Assembly: GCA_047495785.1 (NCBI GenBank)
Contig: JBLDXI010000024.1
Coordinates: forward strand, 3,224,001-3,288,000
DNA from: Lepidodermella squamata
Lineage: Eukaryota; Animalia; Gastrotricha
Length of the DNA stretch: 64,000 nt
Reading direction: 5' to 3'
The position numbers and the translations under genes are program-made. Under the pieces are notes generated by a model that did no database searches, was not told the DNA's origin, and saw nothing but the letters and a program-made list of their open reading frames with translations. Shown here piece after piece: positions 1 to 13,500 of the stretch. The number at the start of each line of letters is the position of its first letter. Positions within the stretch are counted from its first letter, which is position 1.

Positions 1-560
1 ATGCTGAATTTCACTCTCCGCCTAAAGCTCGTGTCGGTATTCTAGTTAAATCAGCTATTTTGCGCATAATTTTTCAAAATTCTGCAACTTTTCTTGTAAT
101 TTCGGTTTCACGCGTTCCCGTTAGTTTATTTTGGGTGTTGGTTTGATCGTCATTTTAATGGTATTAAAATCATGACAAGCACGTGCTATAATGTTCTCCT
201 ATTTTCTGTGACGTTTTAGCTTTTTTCGGTTCTTTTCGAGCTTTCAAAGGGCGGATAGGAGATGAAAGCGCCATGAAGCCGGTGCGGCTAGGCACGTGAA
301 TATGATGCAGTTTTTTCTCCGTAGAACCTGAATATATGAAAAACTCACTCCCACTCCGCCTACACTTATACCGTTTCTTACTAAAGGCTGGGATTAACTA
401 CCACGCCTGGTTATTTTTTCCTAGAAATTAATAGCGCGGGCGTAGCAGAAATTTAGAAAATTAGAACTTGCCGAATTCTCGCAAATTTTTCGAAATAAAG
501 GAAAATCACTAAAATCGAAGAATGAGTACCTAATGCTATCACTAGCGGATATTTGCCAAT

Positions 561-2580
561 ATGGGATCGTCATCTTCCAAAGAAAGATGGTGAGTAGTTT
601 GATTCGAATTTGATTATATTTAATTTGAATCTCTTATTTAGGGTTTTTCCGATAAAAGAAGCCGTGCGGCAAGTTGTTCCTCCCGAGGAATACGCCGATC
701 AAGACGATTTACAGGACGTTCTCGATGATGAACTCGCAACGGTTCGAGCTATCGAATTCGCCGAGTCTAACAACGGCGAGAAACTGCCGCCTGGTGAAAA
801 GCCGAAACAGCCCATAAAAACATCCAAAACAACACTCAAATTCTACAAGTTTTTCTCGTCAGTTTTCAGCTATCATCATGCAGCCAAAATTTTAACGAAA
901 TTCTGGTTTATTTCAGAGACTGGCTGCCTCGATTAGCCTACGGACCGGCAGTTGCGTTGTTGATGATCAATACTTTCTTACCTGGAATAGGTAGGTTTTC
1001 ATCTCAAAAAAAAAGTTGATTTAAAATGTGGGAAATTCGGCTAACAATTAAAAAAATTTAATTGAAATCTTTGGAATTTGTTTATGATTTTTCGAAAAAT
1101 TAAATTTGTCTTCAATATTCATTCAAAATAATTTTCAATTTTTATTTAATTATTTTAATTATTAAGTTTTTTAATTTTAGGTACCATGCTATTTTCGTTC
1201 AAGTGGTTTTCGGCCGAGGATTTTATTATACCGACGACAAGGTCACAACGCAGCGCCATTGTGTTGACCTGCCTGCTTTATGGGGTCATGCAGCTGCTTT
1301 TGGCACCTTTCCTATTCGGTTGGGTATGGTCAATCGTCACCGGCATCCTCGCAATCCAACAAGCTAAATGTAAATTTGAACTTCGGAGAGTTTCGAAAAT
1401 TTCAAAATTTTTAAATTTATTTCCATCAATTTCTATGAATTTATACGAATTAAATTTTTGGTCGCTCAGCCTCCTAATTAAAATTCGTTGGAATTTTTTT
1501 AATTTCGTAAAATTCTCCAATTTTTGTAATTTTGAGGCTCTTGGTAAGTTTGAGAAGTTTCCTACTACAACGTTTTTTTCATGAATCACAGCGTGAGCTA
1601 CCTGCACTTTATTTCGGGCAAAAACTACTAAGCAACACAGACTTATGATTCATTATTTTTTATGGTTTTTTTATTTACTTTCAGGGGTCTCTCTCACCGA
1701 GTCCTATTCAAGCGTCATTGAACAGCGCATGAAAGAGATGATGAACGAGCGGACGCAGGCGGCGCGCGCTCAAGGCCGCCTCATTCACTCTGGCCCGCTG
1801 AGCGACATATCTAGACCATCGACATCAAATCAGCATTCAGCCACCATTCGACGCCCCGTAATTGAACAACCGCTGCCGAGTAACCAAGGACGCGCCAACC
1901 TGCCAGAACAAGTGCCCTATGCCGAGCCAGCATCGCCAACAAAGCCCACGCCGCCCCCTCGACCGAAACCGCCCAATGTCGAGATGACGAATAACTTTGT
2001 CGCGAAACCGCCTCAACTCGCAAAGCGCAGCAATGAAGTCTACCCGGGTAACAGCAGCGTGGATAAACCCGACCCGGAAATAACCGATGACCCGTTTACC
2101 GGGTCGAGTTCACTCAGCCGTGACCCGACCCTGGACAGGCTGAATAGTGGGACATCACGCGGATCGTCCCACAAGTCACGCATGTCATCCGCCTTAAGTC
2201 TTTCACTGAACCGGGTTAGCCCGGCCCCGACCCCGGCTGGTAAATTGTCCCTGTCCTCAATAAACCAGTCAAGCGTGACGGCTGCGACACCACGACCGCC
2301 AACTGCGGAAGCACCTGCCTCAAAATGCGTTGTTTTCACCGAGCCTGAGGCTACATTCGAACCTTGGGGCGGGGTGGAATCAACGAAGCGTGACGTTGAT
2401 GATGACGACGACGATGAGCCGTCTTTTCCTGTTAGGCCGAAGCAAATGTATACGGAAGCTAGCGATGCTGAGGATACGGTCTTTGGCCATCACACAAATG
2501 AATTATCACCTCGATCGAAGTCACTCGAGCGGAAAAACAAGTCGAAAGCTACGCAGGACTTGGCCCTTGAAGATTTGTGA
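561..2580 (+). CDS. stum: Protein stum homolog (5 exons) with possible N-myristoylation site and long Pro/Ser-rich C-tail
   Basis: Spliced exons 561-589, 642-848, 917-990, 1181-1368, 1685-2580 keep frame. MGSSSSK start; LPRLAYGPAVALLMINTFLPGIGT and QLLLAPFLFGWVWSI match stum-family motifs. Confidence 0.8.
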
Positions 2581-2707
2581 CACCCTATCCTCCTCAATAT
2601 TTTTAAAATAAAGCAACATTATTTTATGAAAACAGTCAGTTTTTTATTTAAAAAAATGGAAAGCAAAAAGAGATTAAATTTTGAGAATATTGCTGTTGAT
2701 GGCACGC

Positions 2708-5700
2708 TCAGATACGCAAGAAACGTTGAGGTCGAGGTATCTTCCGGTAAAATTGAGTCGTTTCGTTCCGATAACCAGGTTCCGCACATATTTGATCTGA
2801 AAATCGAGGAATTTTGAAAAATTTGAAAATTTAACTGAAAGACTCACATTTAAAATCGCACCAGCCAAAATTCGCCGGGGTATAGGAGAAACCAGCGCAT
2901 TTTTCGTTGTAATTACATAGCTTTTTACACTCGTCCAGCGAACACATACAACAATGGCCCATTTCTAGTTGATAACACCTTTTTAGTAATTTTCATAAAT
3001 TTTTGAGAATTTACCAATTAGCTCATATCCAGGACAATCCCCTTCGTACCGCCTCCAAGTTGACATGTGTAAGTTATTCATCCACCCTAACATTCCACCA
3101 GCTGGAGGGAAGAACCGGCCATCATCTTTGTCTACAACATCTTTCAGCTGTAAACTAGGTCTCGTCGTAGTTTCCTGAGTCCACCAATCTCCATTAATCG
3201 GCTCCTGGGTAGGTCTTGTCCTCCTTCTCGTAGTAGCGGCCGGTACCTCCCACGCCTGCTCAGTGGTTGGCGGATAAGTCGGCCAGTCAACTCTTGGTCG
3301 TAGAGTAGTGCGAATCCTGTTAGCCCCCGGCACTTGAATCGCAGCTGTGAATCGCCAGAATGAGTTCATAGGCGGGTTTATATCGACAGTTGCAAGGGTT
3401 ACTGGCCTACGAGTTGATCTCAAGGATCTCGCTGTTTCTTCTGTGACAAACAAGTTCTCAGGCCACGTTTGTTTCGAAGAGGTCATCCAGTCCCAAGCCC
3501 AGGTTGTCGTGGGTCTCCTTTGAGTTGTAGTCACCCTAACAGGAGGCGGCTCCGGGTCTTCATAGTCCTGCATTGAATTAGGCCTCTTAGTCGTAGTAGT
3601 CACCCTTCTGACAGGTGGAGGTTCAGGGTCCCATATTGGCTCGGAAGTTGGGGAGAGTTCGGTAGTTGGCTTCCGCCTAGTCAACAACTCCAATTCTTCA
3701 TCAGTCAACTGTCTCCATTTGCCAGGATCAGGCGTACAGTCTTCTCCCTGAGCTTTCTTAGTTGTGTTAGTGGTCGTAGTAGTTGTTGTTAACGATACAG
3801 GGTTCGAAATTATTCTCCGTCTTGTATTTTCGAAGGTCCAAGTCTCTGCTGTTGTTGTAGGTGCTTTGGTAGAGGAGGATGCCCACCAACCTTGCCCTAA
3901 CGCCGGCCAGACCGTGCCCCAAGGGCTTGTAGTCGGAGGCTTCCTAGTGGTAGACTCGGTAAGCCACCATTGAGATGTCGCGATCGATCTTTCATGATAC
4001 TTTTCCACCCACCAATCTTGTTGCGTCTTTCTAGTCGTTTTCATCCAGTCCATCTCATCATTTGCTGTAGTCTTCCGCCAGGGCCATGTTAGCATCCTTA
4101 GATCTGGATCTGAATCTTTAGTTGAAGTTTCTAGGTCATCGAAAACCCAATCATCTGCTGTCGTGGTTCTTCTAAATAGATTCCGTGTTGAAGGAACGAA
4201 AGAATCGGGATCGATTGTAGTTGATGGACGCTCTGTAGTTGGTCTGACAATCTTGCCGAGTTCAGTTGCGTTGACTCTAGGAGCTATATTCTGCGGCACT
4301 ATCCTAGACCCGGAATCCATAGCCGATAGTCTCAGCCAAACGTCTTGGTTCGGGGCTGGAAGTGTGACCCATGTTTCAGAGTTGATATCCTGCCGATTAG
4401 TGACTCCTAACGCATCGAGATCAATCGCTAACATAGCGCCTTCGTTTCTTCTAGTCGAGGTTCGGCTGGTTGCGACGATCCTAGTAGGCCTAGACTCCTG
4501 GGTCTCAGTAACGACCCGCCTGGTTGAAGAATATCGGGAAGCAAGCTGATCTGCAGTTTTCGGCGGATCTCCGATAATCCTGACGACAGGAGGGAAGGTT
4601 ATGCTAACCCGCCTAGTTGCAGATGATGTAGGGGCATAAGTCCTCCGCGCGGTGGTCGGTACTTCTGTCGATTGTGTGGTAACAGTCGTTATCCTTCTTG
4701 TAGTAGTTGACGTGGGGCGAGGAGTAGTTCTTGCAGTAGTGGTTGTTGTAGTAGGACGAATGGTTGTTTCTTCATCAGTTGTCAGTACGGGCCATGGCGA
4801 GGATGACGTCCTTAGGGATGGAGTTTGGCCACGAGTTGGAACAGTAGCCGGACTCCTTGTCGGTTCAGTATTCACTCTCGGCTCATTGATGCGGATAGTT
4901 CCTCTAATGTCGCGGAAATTGGTCGTAGAAGTTTTTGCTGTAGTCGTTGTAGTTACTTGAGATTGGGCCGTGTCTTCCCATGGATTTCTGACCGTAGACT
5001 GGCGCAGGCTCAATCGTCCAAACTCTATCCAAGTGTCGTAATCCAAAGTTGACGAAATTGCCTTCTCTAAAAGTCTCGCAATCTCCGGGTCGAGAAACCT
5101 TGGAGTTCTAGGCGGGTAAGGCGAGGTAAATTTCGGCGTCTGAATCTTCCAAGTAAATGACGCAGGTTCCACCGTTTCTTTCCGAATATCCTTAGTTACC
5201 AAAATTTGCGGTAACTTCGGAGCTCTGGTAGATAATGCGTAGTTCAACGAGCTCCACGAATACAATCTATCGACCATGCTTTTAACTGTAGTCGAATAAT
5301 TGTAAGCCATCGTTCTTCTCCGGGTTGGTAAAGTATCAATCCTTCCATTAGTCAACGGCCAACTTGGGGTCGTTCCCGCCGCCAACTTCCCGCCAACATC
5401 TTGCTTCTTCACATGAACGTAACTTGAGTTGGACTTTGAGATAGATGCAATGTCGGATTTGGAGGAGTTAACACGAGAATCCATGGTTCTGTTGATGCGA
5501 TGACCACTGGTACAATTCCATGACAATAGCAGCCAAATTATCAGTTTCATGTTTGACTTACACATCATCCTGGGGTTTCGCCGGTGTGGATGAATCATCT
5601 CCGTCTGCAGCAGCGTTTGCGTAACGTTGTGAGTCGACCGCGTAGAAGCGAACATCGTCGTCGGGCGGGAAGAACGGGCGATTGCACGGGCCGGCCTTGG

Positions 5701-7182
5701 GAAAGCACTGACGGAGCGGGTGGATATAGGTGAAACCGGCGCACCTCTCACTAGCGTCTCTCGCGGCACGCGTCAAGTTCGAACAAATCTTCGCACATCT
5801 GACGTAGTAGCACGTGTGAAATAATGAGGATAAAACGCATTATGAGGTGACACAATACTAAAGGTGCGATAGTTACTTTTCGAGCGAGCATCCGAAGCAG
5901 CCCTCTAGCCATGTAGTTTGTTCTGGAAAAAGTGAATTATTTAACAAAGCCAAAGTCTAGCCAGAATTGGGATAATTACTCCGACAGTTGTTGCCATATT
6001 CCAAGTAGTAATTGTCAACGCTCTTCGGCCAATCGACTCGCTTTCGCCGGTAATAATTTGCGTTATGTTGAGGTCGGAAGTTATCGCTTGCGCAAGATGT
6101 ATAGTATCGTTCCTCGCATATCTAAATTAGGGGATAAAATCGAGAACAGTTAAAGCCGTCAGCAACTACGAAGTATGGCTCTTGCCATATCGGAGATACC
6201 TTCGTGGTATTGTAGTAAGTGAAACCATCACAGTCCTGCAAATCAAATAAAGGTGTTAGATTGAAATTTAAAGGTATACAGTAAAACTATAAAGCGGAAC
6301 GATTCACTCAGGAAATTCAACGAAACCGAACAAAGACTAAAATGAGAGGCAAGTTGCAAATTACCTATTTGCTATTCTAAAGCTAAACGTACAGTCCTTA
6401 GTCCTTTCTAGTGTGGGAAATGGCAAAAACAATGAAAAATCTAAGAATTTTGGTCGAGCCAAGTAAAATATCGAAAATTACCCAATAATTTGCCATCGGG
6501 TTTTTTCGGGTTTCCTCCCGCGAATTACCCTATTAAGTTGTGGGTGAATAAAATATGTCTCCAAATGTCAACTTACCAAGGTCAAGAGTTGATATGATAG
6601 CTGAATTGGGAGAAAAAGCAATTTTTCCTACTTCTTGAAAGCCCTCAAATAAAGCTCAGGATTCCTTATTATCACCTATCATTCTGAAGGGGCGTGATGA
6701 CAGCATAATATCAACATTGGAAACAAAAAAAGGACCAGAAAATATTGTCCTAAACAGAACTTTTGAAAAACGAAAGTCTTTTTTCCGAAGTCAGAAAATG
6801 GGCCTAATCTTAATCCCACATCCCTTACACTCCTTAACCTTGTAATCATTCTATGGGGTGAAATTTGAATCACGTGATTTGTATACTCAACTATACTTTT
6901 TTTGTATACTTTTTTAACACATTCCGAAGCACAATCTTCGACGCGGCACGCCGAGCAAAGCACGCGGCCAGTTACGTTGCAGTCGCTGGCTACGAAAACG
7001 CTGAAATCATCGACGTAGGCGTGCGACAGCTGCGTGAGCGCCGCTATCAAGGCCAACACCAGCATAACGATCACAGCTGTCAAGCTTCTGAGCAGTGTTT
7101 CTGGCGTGAAAAAGCAGCAAGACGACGACGACGGCCGCTCGTCCGCGGCTCCATTGTCGGCAGCAGTTCCAGCAGATGGCAT
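2708..7182 (-). CDS. Secreted/cell-surface protein: two PAN/apple domains, ~830-aa Thr/Arg/Pro-rich mucin-like stalk, C-terminal PAN domain
   Basis: Exons join in frame: DCASECVKK|DCDGFTYYNTTK|ICEERYY; CAKIC..RCAGFTYIHPLRQC; long Thr-rich exon; ECKKLCNYNEKCAGFSY..WCDFK|YQIC. Hydrophobic N-terminal segment in ORF 6679-7182. Confidence 0.75.
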
Positions 7183-8328
7183 CGCTAATTAATCATCCAT
7201 ACGCCATATAACGCAGACATTATACTGCCGGCTCTGACAGTTTATCGCCGAAAAACATCAGGAGTCTATAAAACAGAAAAACACACAATATAAAGACATT
7301 TCTTGCGAAAAAGCGCATGCAGAGTCTAATAAGTCAATGTCACACAGCTGTGGCGTTAAAAAGCGCAGTTTTTTCGCAAAATTGAACAATATTAAAACTA
7401 GCGCTGCTGTGCGCAATACAATTAAAGATGCGAGGCCGTGTTTTCGCGCAGCTTTTGTTTGTGTTATTTTTGCTTGTCTTACTCGCAATCTCTAATGCAA
7501 CAGAGCCGGATGACTTTAATTCGTGGCTGCAACACATAACAGTTCTGAGTAAGTGCCTCAGTGACGTCAACTTTTCGCCGTGTTATTGCTAATCCATTTT
7601 TTCGTAATAGAAAAGTCAAATGTCGAGTGGCGGAATCGCAACTCGGACAGCAGCACTTGAATCGGCGCGAGAAAACAGCCGCTTAACTTCCACTGGCTCG
7701 ATTTAATGGCTTATTAAGCGGTTTTTTTGTAATGTTGATATTAAAGTTTGAATAAACATTCGTTGGTGTGTGCGAAGGCTCGTATATTAAAAGATTCGAC
7801 GTACTGATAGTGTTGAAAAATAAATATTTGCGTGTTTCACTGATGATGACTGATGGCCGTAGTGTTTTTTAGTTGTTATTTATTTTTTGCAAATAACCTA
7901 ATGTATGGCGATGAGGGGCTAAACAAAACCTGTGCGCGCGTTATGTGTTCGTGAGCTTACGCGCAACTTCTCATTATAATCCGGCACACGATCCGCTCGT
8001 GAGTTCTCATAAGGTCAACTACCAGCTGGATTGATTCCGTAATTACATACATGTTATCGTTGCTGTTGGTGGAAAGGGACACTCAAACTAGGACGAAGGA
8101 ATGTTTTAATTCATGAAATAGTTTTCATTGGAACGACAGGTTCTCCAATACTCATAGGATAGGATGCTTGAGGACCTCCAAAATTTTTCCTTTTTTTCAA
8201 TCAGTTTTCCACGTGAGAACTGGAGTGACGAAAAGACATATTGTCCTAATCTGAGTAAAAAGTACACCGAAAAAATATATTTGAAGTAATAGCTGAGAAT
8301 TTTATTAACATTAGGCAAGATGAGTCCA

Positions 8329-10201
8329 TCACCAGGCATTATTCACTCTATTTTTGCCAGTTGCTGGCCTTGGGTTGTTACCGCGCGCAGCGTCCTCTAA
8401 AAGTTGCCGTAACTCCTTGGTTCTCGGAGAAGCGTAGTCCAAAGCTGTTTTGCCATTTTTGTCCTTCACTGACAAATCACACTTTTTGCTGTCCAGCAAA
8501 GCTCGGACGACTTCAATATGCCCACCCATTGCTGCGAACATTAGTGCTGTAGTGCCTTCTTTATCTTGTTGGTTGACATTAATACTGCCGTAGCCGAGGA
8601 GGGTCCAAACTGCGACTGAGCTTCCAGAAAGAGCGGCGAACATCAAAGCAGTGGTTCCGATATTCCAACAGTCTTCCCCGCCAACTTTTCCATGCTTGCG
8701 AGGGTCGTAGCCTTGATTCAAGTCGAGATTTTCGCCTTTTTCATAGATTATCTCAGTATCACCGCGATAAGCCGCGTTGAAAAATTCCTGAAAGCACAGA
8801 AAAATATGAGGAGAAGTTGCTACGAGTAGTTAAGGGCTTACAGCCATTTCGCTAGATCGACTAGTCTTGACCGAAGGCTCCTCCGAAAATGATTCTCTTT
8901 GTAGATCCTGAAGCCGGGCATGAGCTTAATTTTCAAATTTTGTGAGATTATTATCGTATTACCTCTGTAATTTCTTCGATTTTTTCTAGAAAATCGCGCC
9001 TCTCATTTGCTGATATGGCTGGAGTTGAGGGATTGTAAGGCACTAGCGCACCTCTCAGGAACTCGTGGCTCGCGACTTCATTGATCGACGCCCTTTTATC
9101 GGGGTTGAATTGCAGTTGCCGTTGGACTAGGTCTTTCAAAACCGTATTTTCGATTTGCGATGTCCATTGGCCTCTTAACAATGACAAAAGTATGCATAGA
9201 ATTGGAGCTACTTGCAAGTCTTACTTTTCCATGGCGAGATATAGGTTGACGGGTGTTGGGACTTCCTGAGTTTGTCGCGAGTACCAAAACTTTAAAACAG
9301 GTATTTAATTGTATCGTAAAAAGGCGAGCCTTATTTACAGGTAATTCCAAGGTTGCCAGTTCGTATAATAGGACACCCAAGCTCCAAACATCGTCCTTGA
9401 AAGTCTGCTTCTGCCCTCGGAGGGTTTGGGGCGACATATAAAGCACAGTCCCAACCGGTGGGCCCACGCTTGTTGTGAGCAGGAATCTGTAAATTTAATG
9501 AATGATTACAGCAATTCACGAAAATCACTGATGCATACTTATTTAGTGCTTTGGAGACACCGAAATCCCCAAGCTTAACTCGACTCTTCTTCTCGAGTAG
9601 AAACACGTTCTAAAATGGCTAGAAATGAGCTTGAGTGTTTCAGCTTTTCTAGAACTCACAAGCGGCTTGATGTCTCTATGAACAATACGAAATTCCTCCT
9701 GTAGATGCTTCACTGCAAGCGCCAGTTGCGTAAACCAATTTCTGACCTTGATAAAATGAAATTTGAGCTTAGGAAAAAGTCAATTATTTCATTAACTGAC
9801 TTCGCTTTCATGGAAAGGAACTCCCCTGGAAGCCTGCTCGTGAATGGCTGAATCCAGATCTCCATCCTCACAGTATTCCATTTCAAGATACATTGTATTG
9901 TTCGCTGTGAAATCAGTAAAATTTCCTCAGAATTTCGGAATTGCTAGATAAGTTTACCTTCTTGAAACGTGTAAAGCTTCACAATACTGTAGTGGTTGAA
10001 TTGAGTCATAAGGCTCGCTTCTTTCCTCACATTTTCCCGCAGATGGTCATTCTTAACCTTGTTCAAATCGACAACTTTAACGGCGAAAAAGTTGCCCCGT
10101 GTTGAGCGATCGTTGTCCTTCTTCGTCGGCACTTTGATGACTTGGCCAAACGAGCCCTCGCCAATCGTTGCATAACCAGGGTATCGTTGAGCTAGACTCA
10201 T
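8329..10201 (-). CDS. NIMA/NEK-like Ser/Thr kinase fused to C-terminal ankyrin repeats
   Basis: [61 protein letters not shown] linker exon (DLQRES..EMA) splices in frame to [27 protein letters not shown]. Confidence 0.75.
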
Positions 10202-10500
10202 CGGCTTGGAAGTTGAGGTATAGAAGGCTGCTTATGCATAAAAGGATGGAGGCAGCATGTAAAATCGACGAGCATACCGCTGTGCTCATACAATCAATTA
10301 TTTATTCCTGGCAAACATCGATTTTACACACGCTTTTGAGGGAGAGGTATGATTCATCAATAGAGCCATTCATCGCGCGTGAGTTGAAAGGGCGAAAATA
10401 CAGTGTTTACTGTAGATGAATGAAAATAGGGTATCAATGGATGGGCAACTCGAAATAATGTCAAAGCGTAATTTTTAAATTGCAGAAATAATAGTTGACG

Positions 10501-13500
10501 ATGGCACAAGGAGGTGGAGCAGCAGATCCATCAGGCATGTTCTCGCAGATGCTTGAACAAATGCAACAGCAGCAACAAATGATGGCGAATGCGCTCGGCG
10601 GAGGGGCTAATAACGATTTCATCAGCCCGAATAAAGTAATCATAAACGGAGGTAACATCGCTGGTCTGCCTATGCCTATCGTCCAGATGACAGGTGGATG
10701 CGATGATCCGAATTGCGACTGTGGAGGTGCGGACGAGCAAGGGAGTGAAAATTTGGCTGATAGCCAGAATTATTTGATCAACTCATGCGATTGCGGCGAT
10801 TTCGATGATGAAGTTAGAGCGTCGCTTGAAAACTGGAATTTTCATGGCGATAACTACAACGGCTGGTACTGCGGGGATGACGAAACCCAAGTCGACGCGT
10901 CTTGCTGCTCCAATGAAGAAGAGGAGATTGTCTATGCGGAGGAATCTCATTGCTGTGAGGACGAAACTGAAACCCTAGTCGAGGTTGGGGAGGTTTTAGA
11001 AATCGAAGAATCTTCCAGTGACGAATCAGAATGCTGCGATGGAGGGTCTGGCGGCGCTATTGTCATCACCATGAAGCATGACACTGATAGTAAGGAGGAT
11101 ATCCCGGAGAAACGGGTGACTGAAGTGCAGACAATGCCGATGACAGTGGAGCAATCGACCCAAGCAATTGATACAACCCCGGTTTCCATCCAAACAGAAC
11201 CGCCGCCTGCTGATTATATCGACGAGGCTTTTGACAAGATTCTCCCTCAAGGTCCATCGGGGCCCCCGGAGCCCAGGAGGGCCCAGTCGCCCAGTCGATA
11301 CAGATCTGGGGTTATGCCGGCCGCAGCGTCTTACCCCCGACTACAACCTGAGCAAAATCAACAGATGGGAGGGACATTCCAGAAATCTAACACTATGCCA
11401 TCATTTCCGCCGCAACCTGGAGTTGAGCCATCCCCGCCACCTGGTCACTGGCGTTCGTCCCCTATAATGGCTAACTACAAATTCAACGACAATCCGAATG
11501 TGATAATTCGCAAGTCCCCAACTCCCACCCCAGAGGAACCAGTCGAACCAGCGCCTCGAGATCCAATTTGGGCGAAATTTGATTTGTCAATCCGTCTTGA
11601 CTCAATCAGAGACCTACCACATCTATTAGCTGCTCCTCATACGAACAGCGAACACTATTGCGCATATTGCACCCCGGAGACTGAAGGCCTAATTCGGCCT
11701 CCTTTACTTATGAAAGCCAGGCTAACTGTCTACGATCGAATGACAGGCCATTTAGCGGAATGTGAAGATGGTCCAGTTAATTCCGAGACAAACTGGGCTA
11801 TCACAAACGTCCGGTATAACCGATATGTCTTCGGCCGGCAGTCTGCAGTGTTCAACAAGGCGCTACTGTCGCAAGATGCCATTTTGCTTATCCGCCTTTA
11901 CGCAAGGTCGAAGAAAGATCTGCTGCAGATTGACCCGGCCTATACGTTGATAGTTCGCCAGGCTCAGATGGATGCGACGGATCCGAAGGACAACCCGGAT
12001 GATGATTTGATAGGCTGGGCTGTTATGCATATCTGGGACGCGTTCGATGAGGGTCGGGATGGCGAAACTTGGCAGTTGAAGAGTGGCAAACAGCTCATTC
12101 CTATTTTCGCTCCGCCAATCCCAATGATTATTCAGTAAGTTCAGGAATGAGGAAACCTTCCAATTTATCTGAATGCAACACTGTTTTAGGATTCCCCCGC
12201 CCAACAGCTTTAACGCTGACAAATGGAAAGGATTTCGCCGGCTCGGTGCTCACTCAAGCGTTGCAGTCTGGGTCGGTCGGGGCCCGTTCAAAAACCTGGA
12301 CGACGACAGCGAATCCAGTGATGAAGAGTCCGACGTAGAGGTCAAAAACGTTGACAAAAAGTTGTGGACAGACGGAGGCGCCCAGCCGCGATCAACTGAA
12401 CCTTTCACAGCTGCAGATGGCTTCGATCTGTACATAGACAGCGCAAGGTGCCTACCAGACTTTGTAACGATAACCAAAGTCGCAATTCGAGTTGCTCAAG
12501 CCAATCATGCCAAGGCAGCTAGTGACGAATTCTGCTTCTCGCTGTTGGACAGTGACATTTTCAACCCGATCTACGACTATAGGATCGAGTATAGGAAATT
12601 GGCGAGACAGGTTGTGCCGAGAAGTACTATCCTATTCAAACTCTACACAATCGACAGATTCACGCATAAGTTGACCGTGATAGGTTACTCCTATCTGAAT
12701 TTGTTCAATAACCTAGGAGTTGTTGGGCAACCTATTGTTGACGAGGGGGTTCAAGTTGCGTTGAATGAAGGAGCTCATCAGATCAGGATTTACGCAACCC
12801 CTCCGAAGCTGAGCTCGCCCTTATCAGTCCATCATCCTATATCTGAGAGGCATCGACCGCGGCCGTGTGCCACGCTATTAGTGAGGATTGTAAAGGCACC
12901 TCGAGATGATTTCGGTCAGGTCCTTTCTATGGCTAATGTGCCTTCGATGAATTGGGTGGAGAGTGGGCTGTTGAAGGAGAGACCGAAGAACTACACGACT
13001 GGGAGTTATTTATCACGGTCCTGTAAGCCGAATAATGGGGAGAGGAAGGCTTTCGCCACTTTTCGACGACGGCTGCCGTTCCCGGTGAGGAAAGCTGTGT
13101 CCGAAATAGGCCGAGAAGTTGCTGATAGGACAATTCCAGTCGATAATGATACTTTACTCCAAAGTGTTTTAGAGGTAAGCAATATTCAAAATAAATTTAA
13201 ATGAACTTAATTAAAAAGTTATTAAATTTTAATTTTAATTTTTTTTAATTAATTTTTTTTAATTTTGATTTTGAACTTCAAAAAAGGGAGCACGTATTTT
13301 TTTTTAAATTCAAGATTTTTCAATACTGAAATTAAATCTAATTGTTTCCAGCGACTCTTATCCCGCTTCGGCTTGGAAAGTGGCCCCGAATCCTTACCTC
13401 ACGGAAATCCTAATCTAGCCGTGGCCTATGATCCTGTCTATGGTTTCGCTGTTAGTATCGACAATGCAATAGGATTACCATGGGCTGGAGCGACTTTTGG

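Noticed and set aside
3764-5052. Val-rich plus-strand ORFs
   Set aside because: Antisense shadows of Thr codons in the mucin exon; the same applies at 45361-45558 and 49374-49562.
5508-5769. Apparent signal peptide MKLIIWLLLSWNC and N-terminus of the 928-aa ORF
   Set aside because: The segment lies in a gtaagt..ag intron; the upstream exon is read in another frame that encodes a PAN domain.
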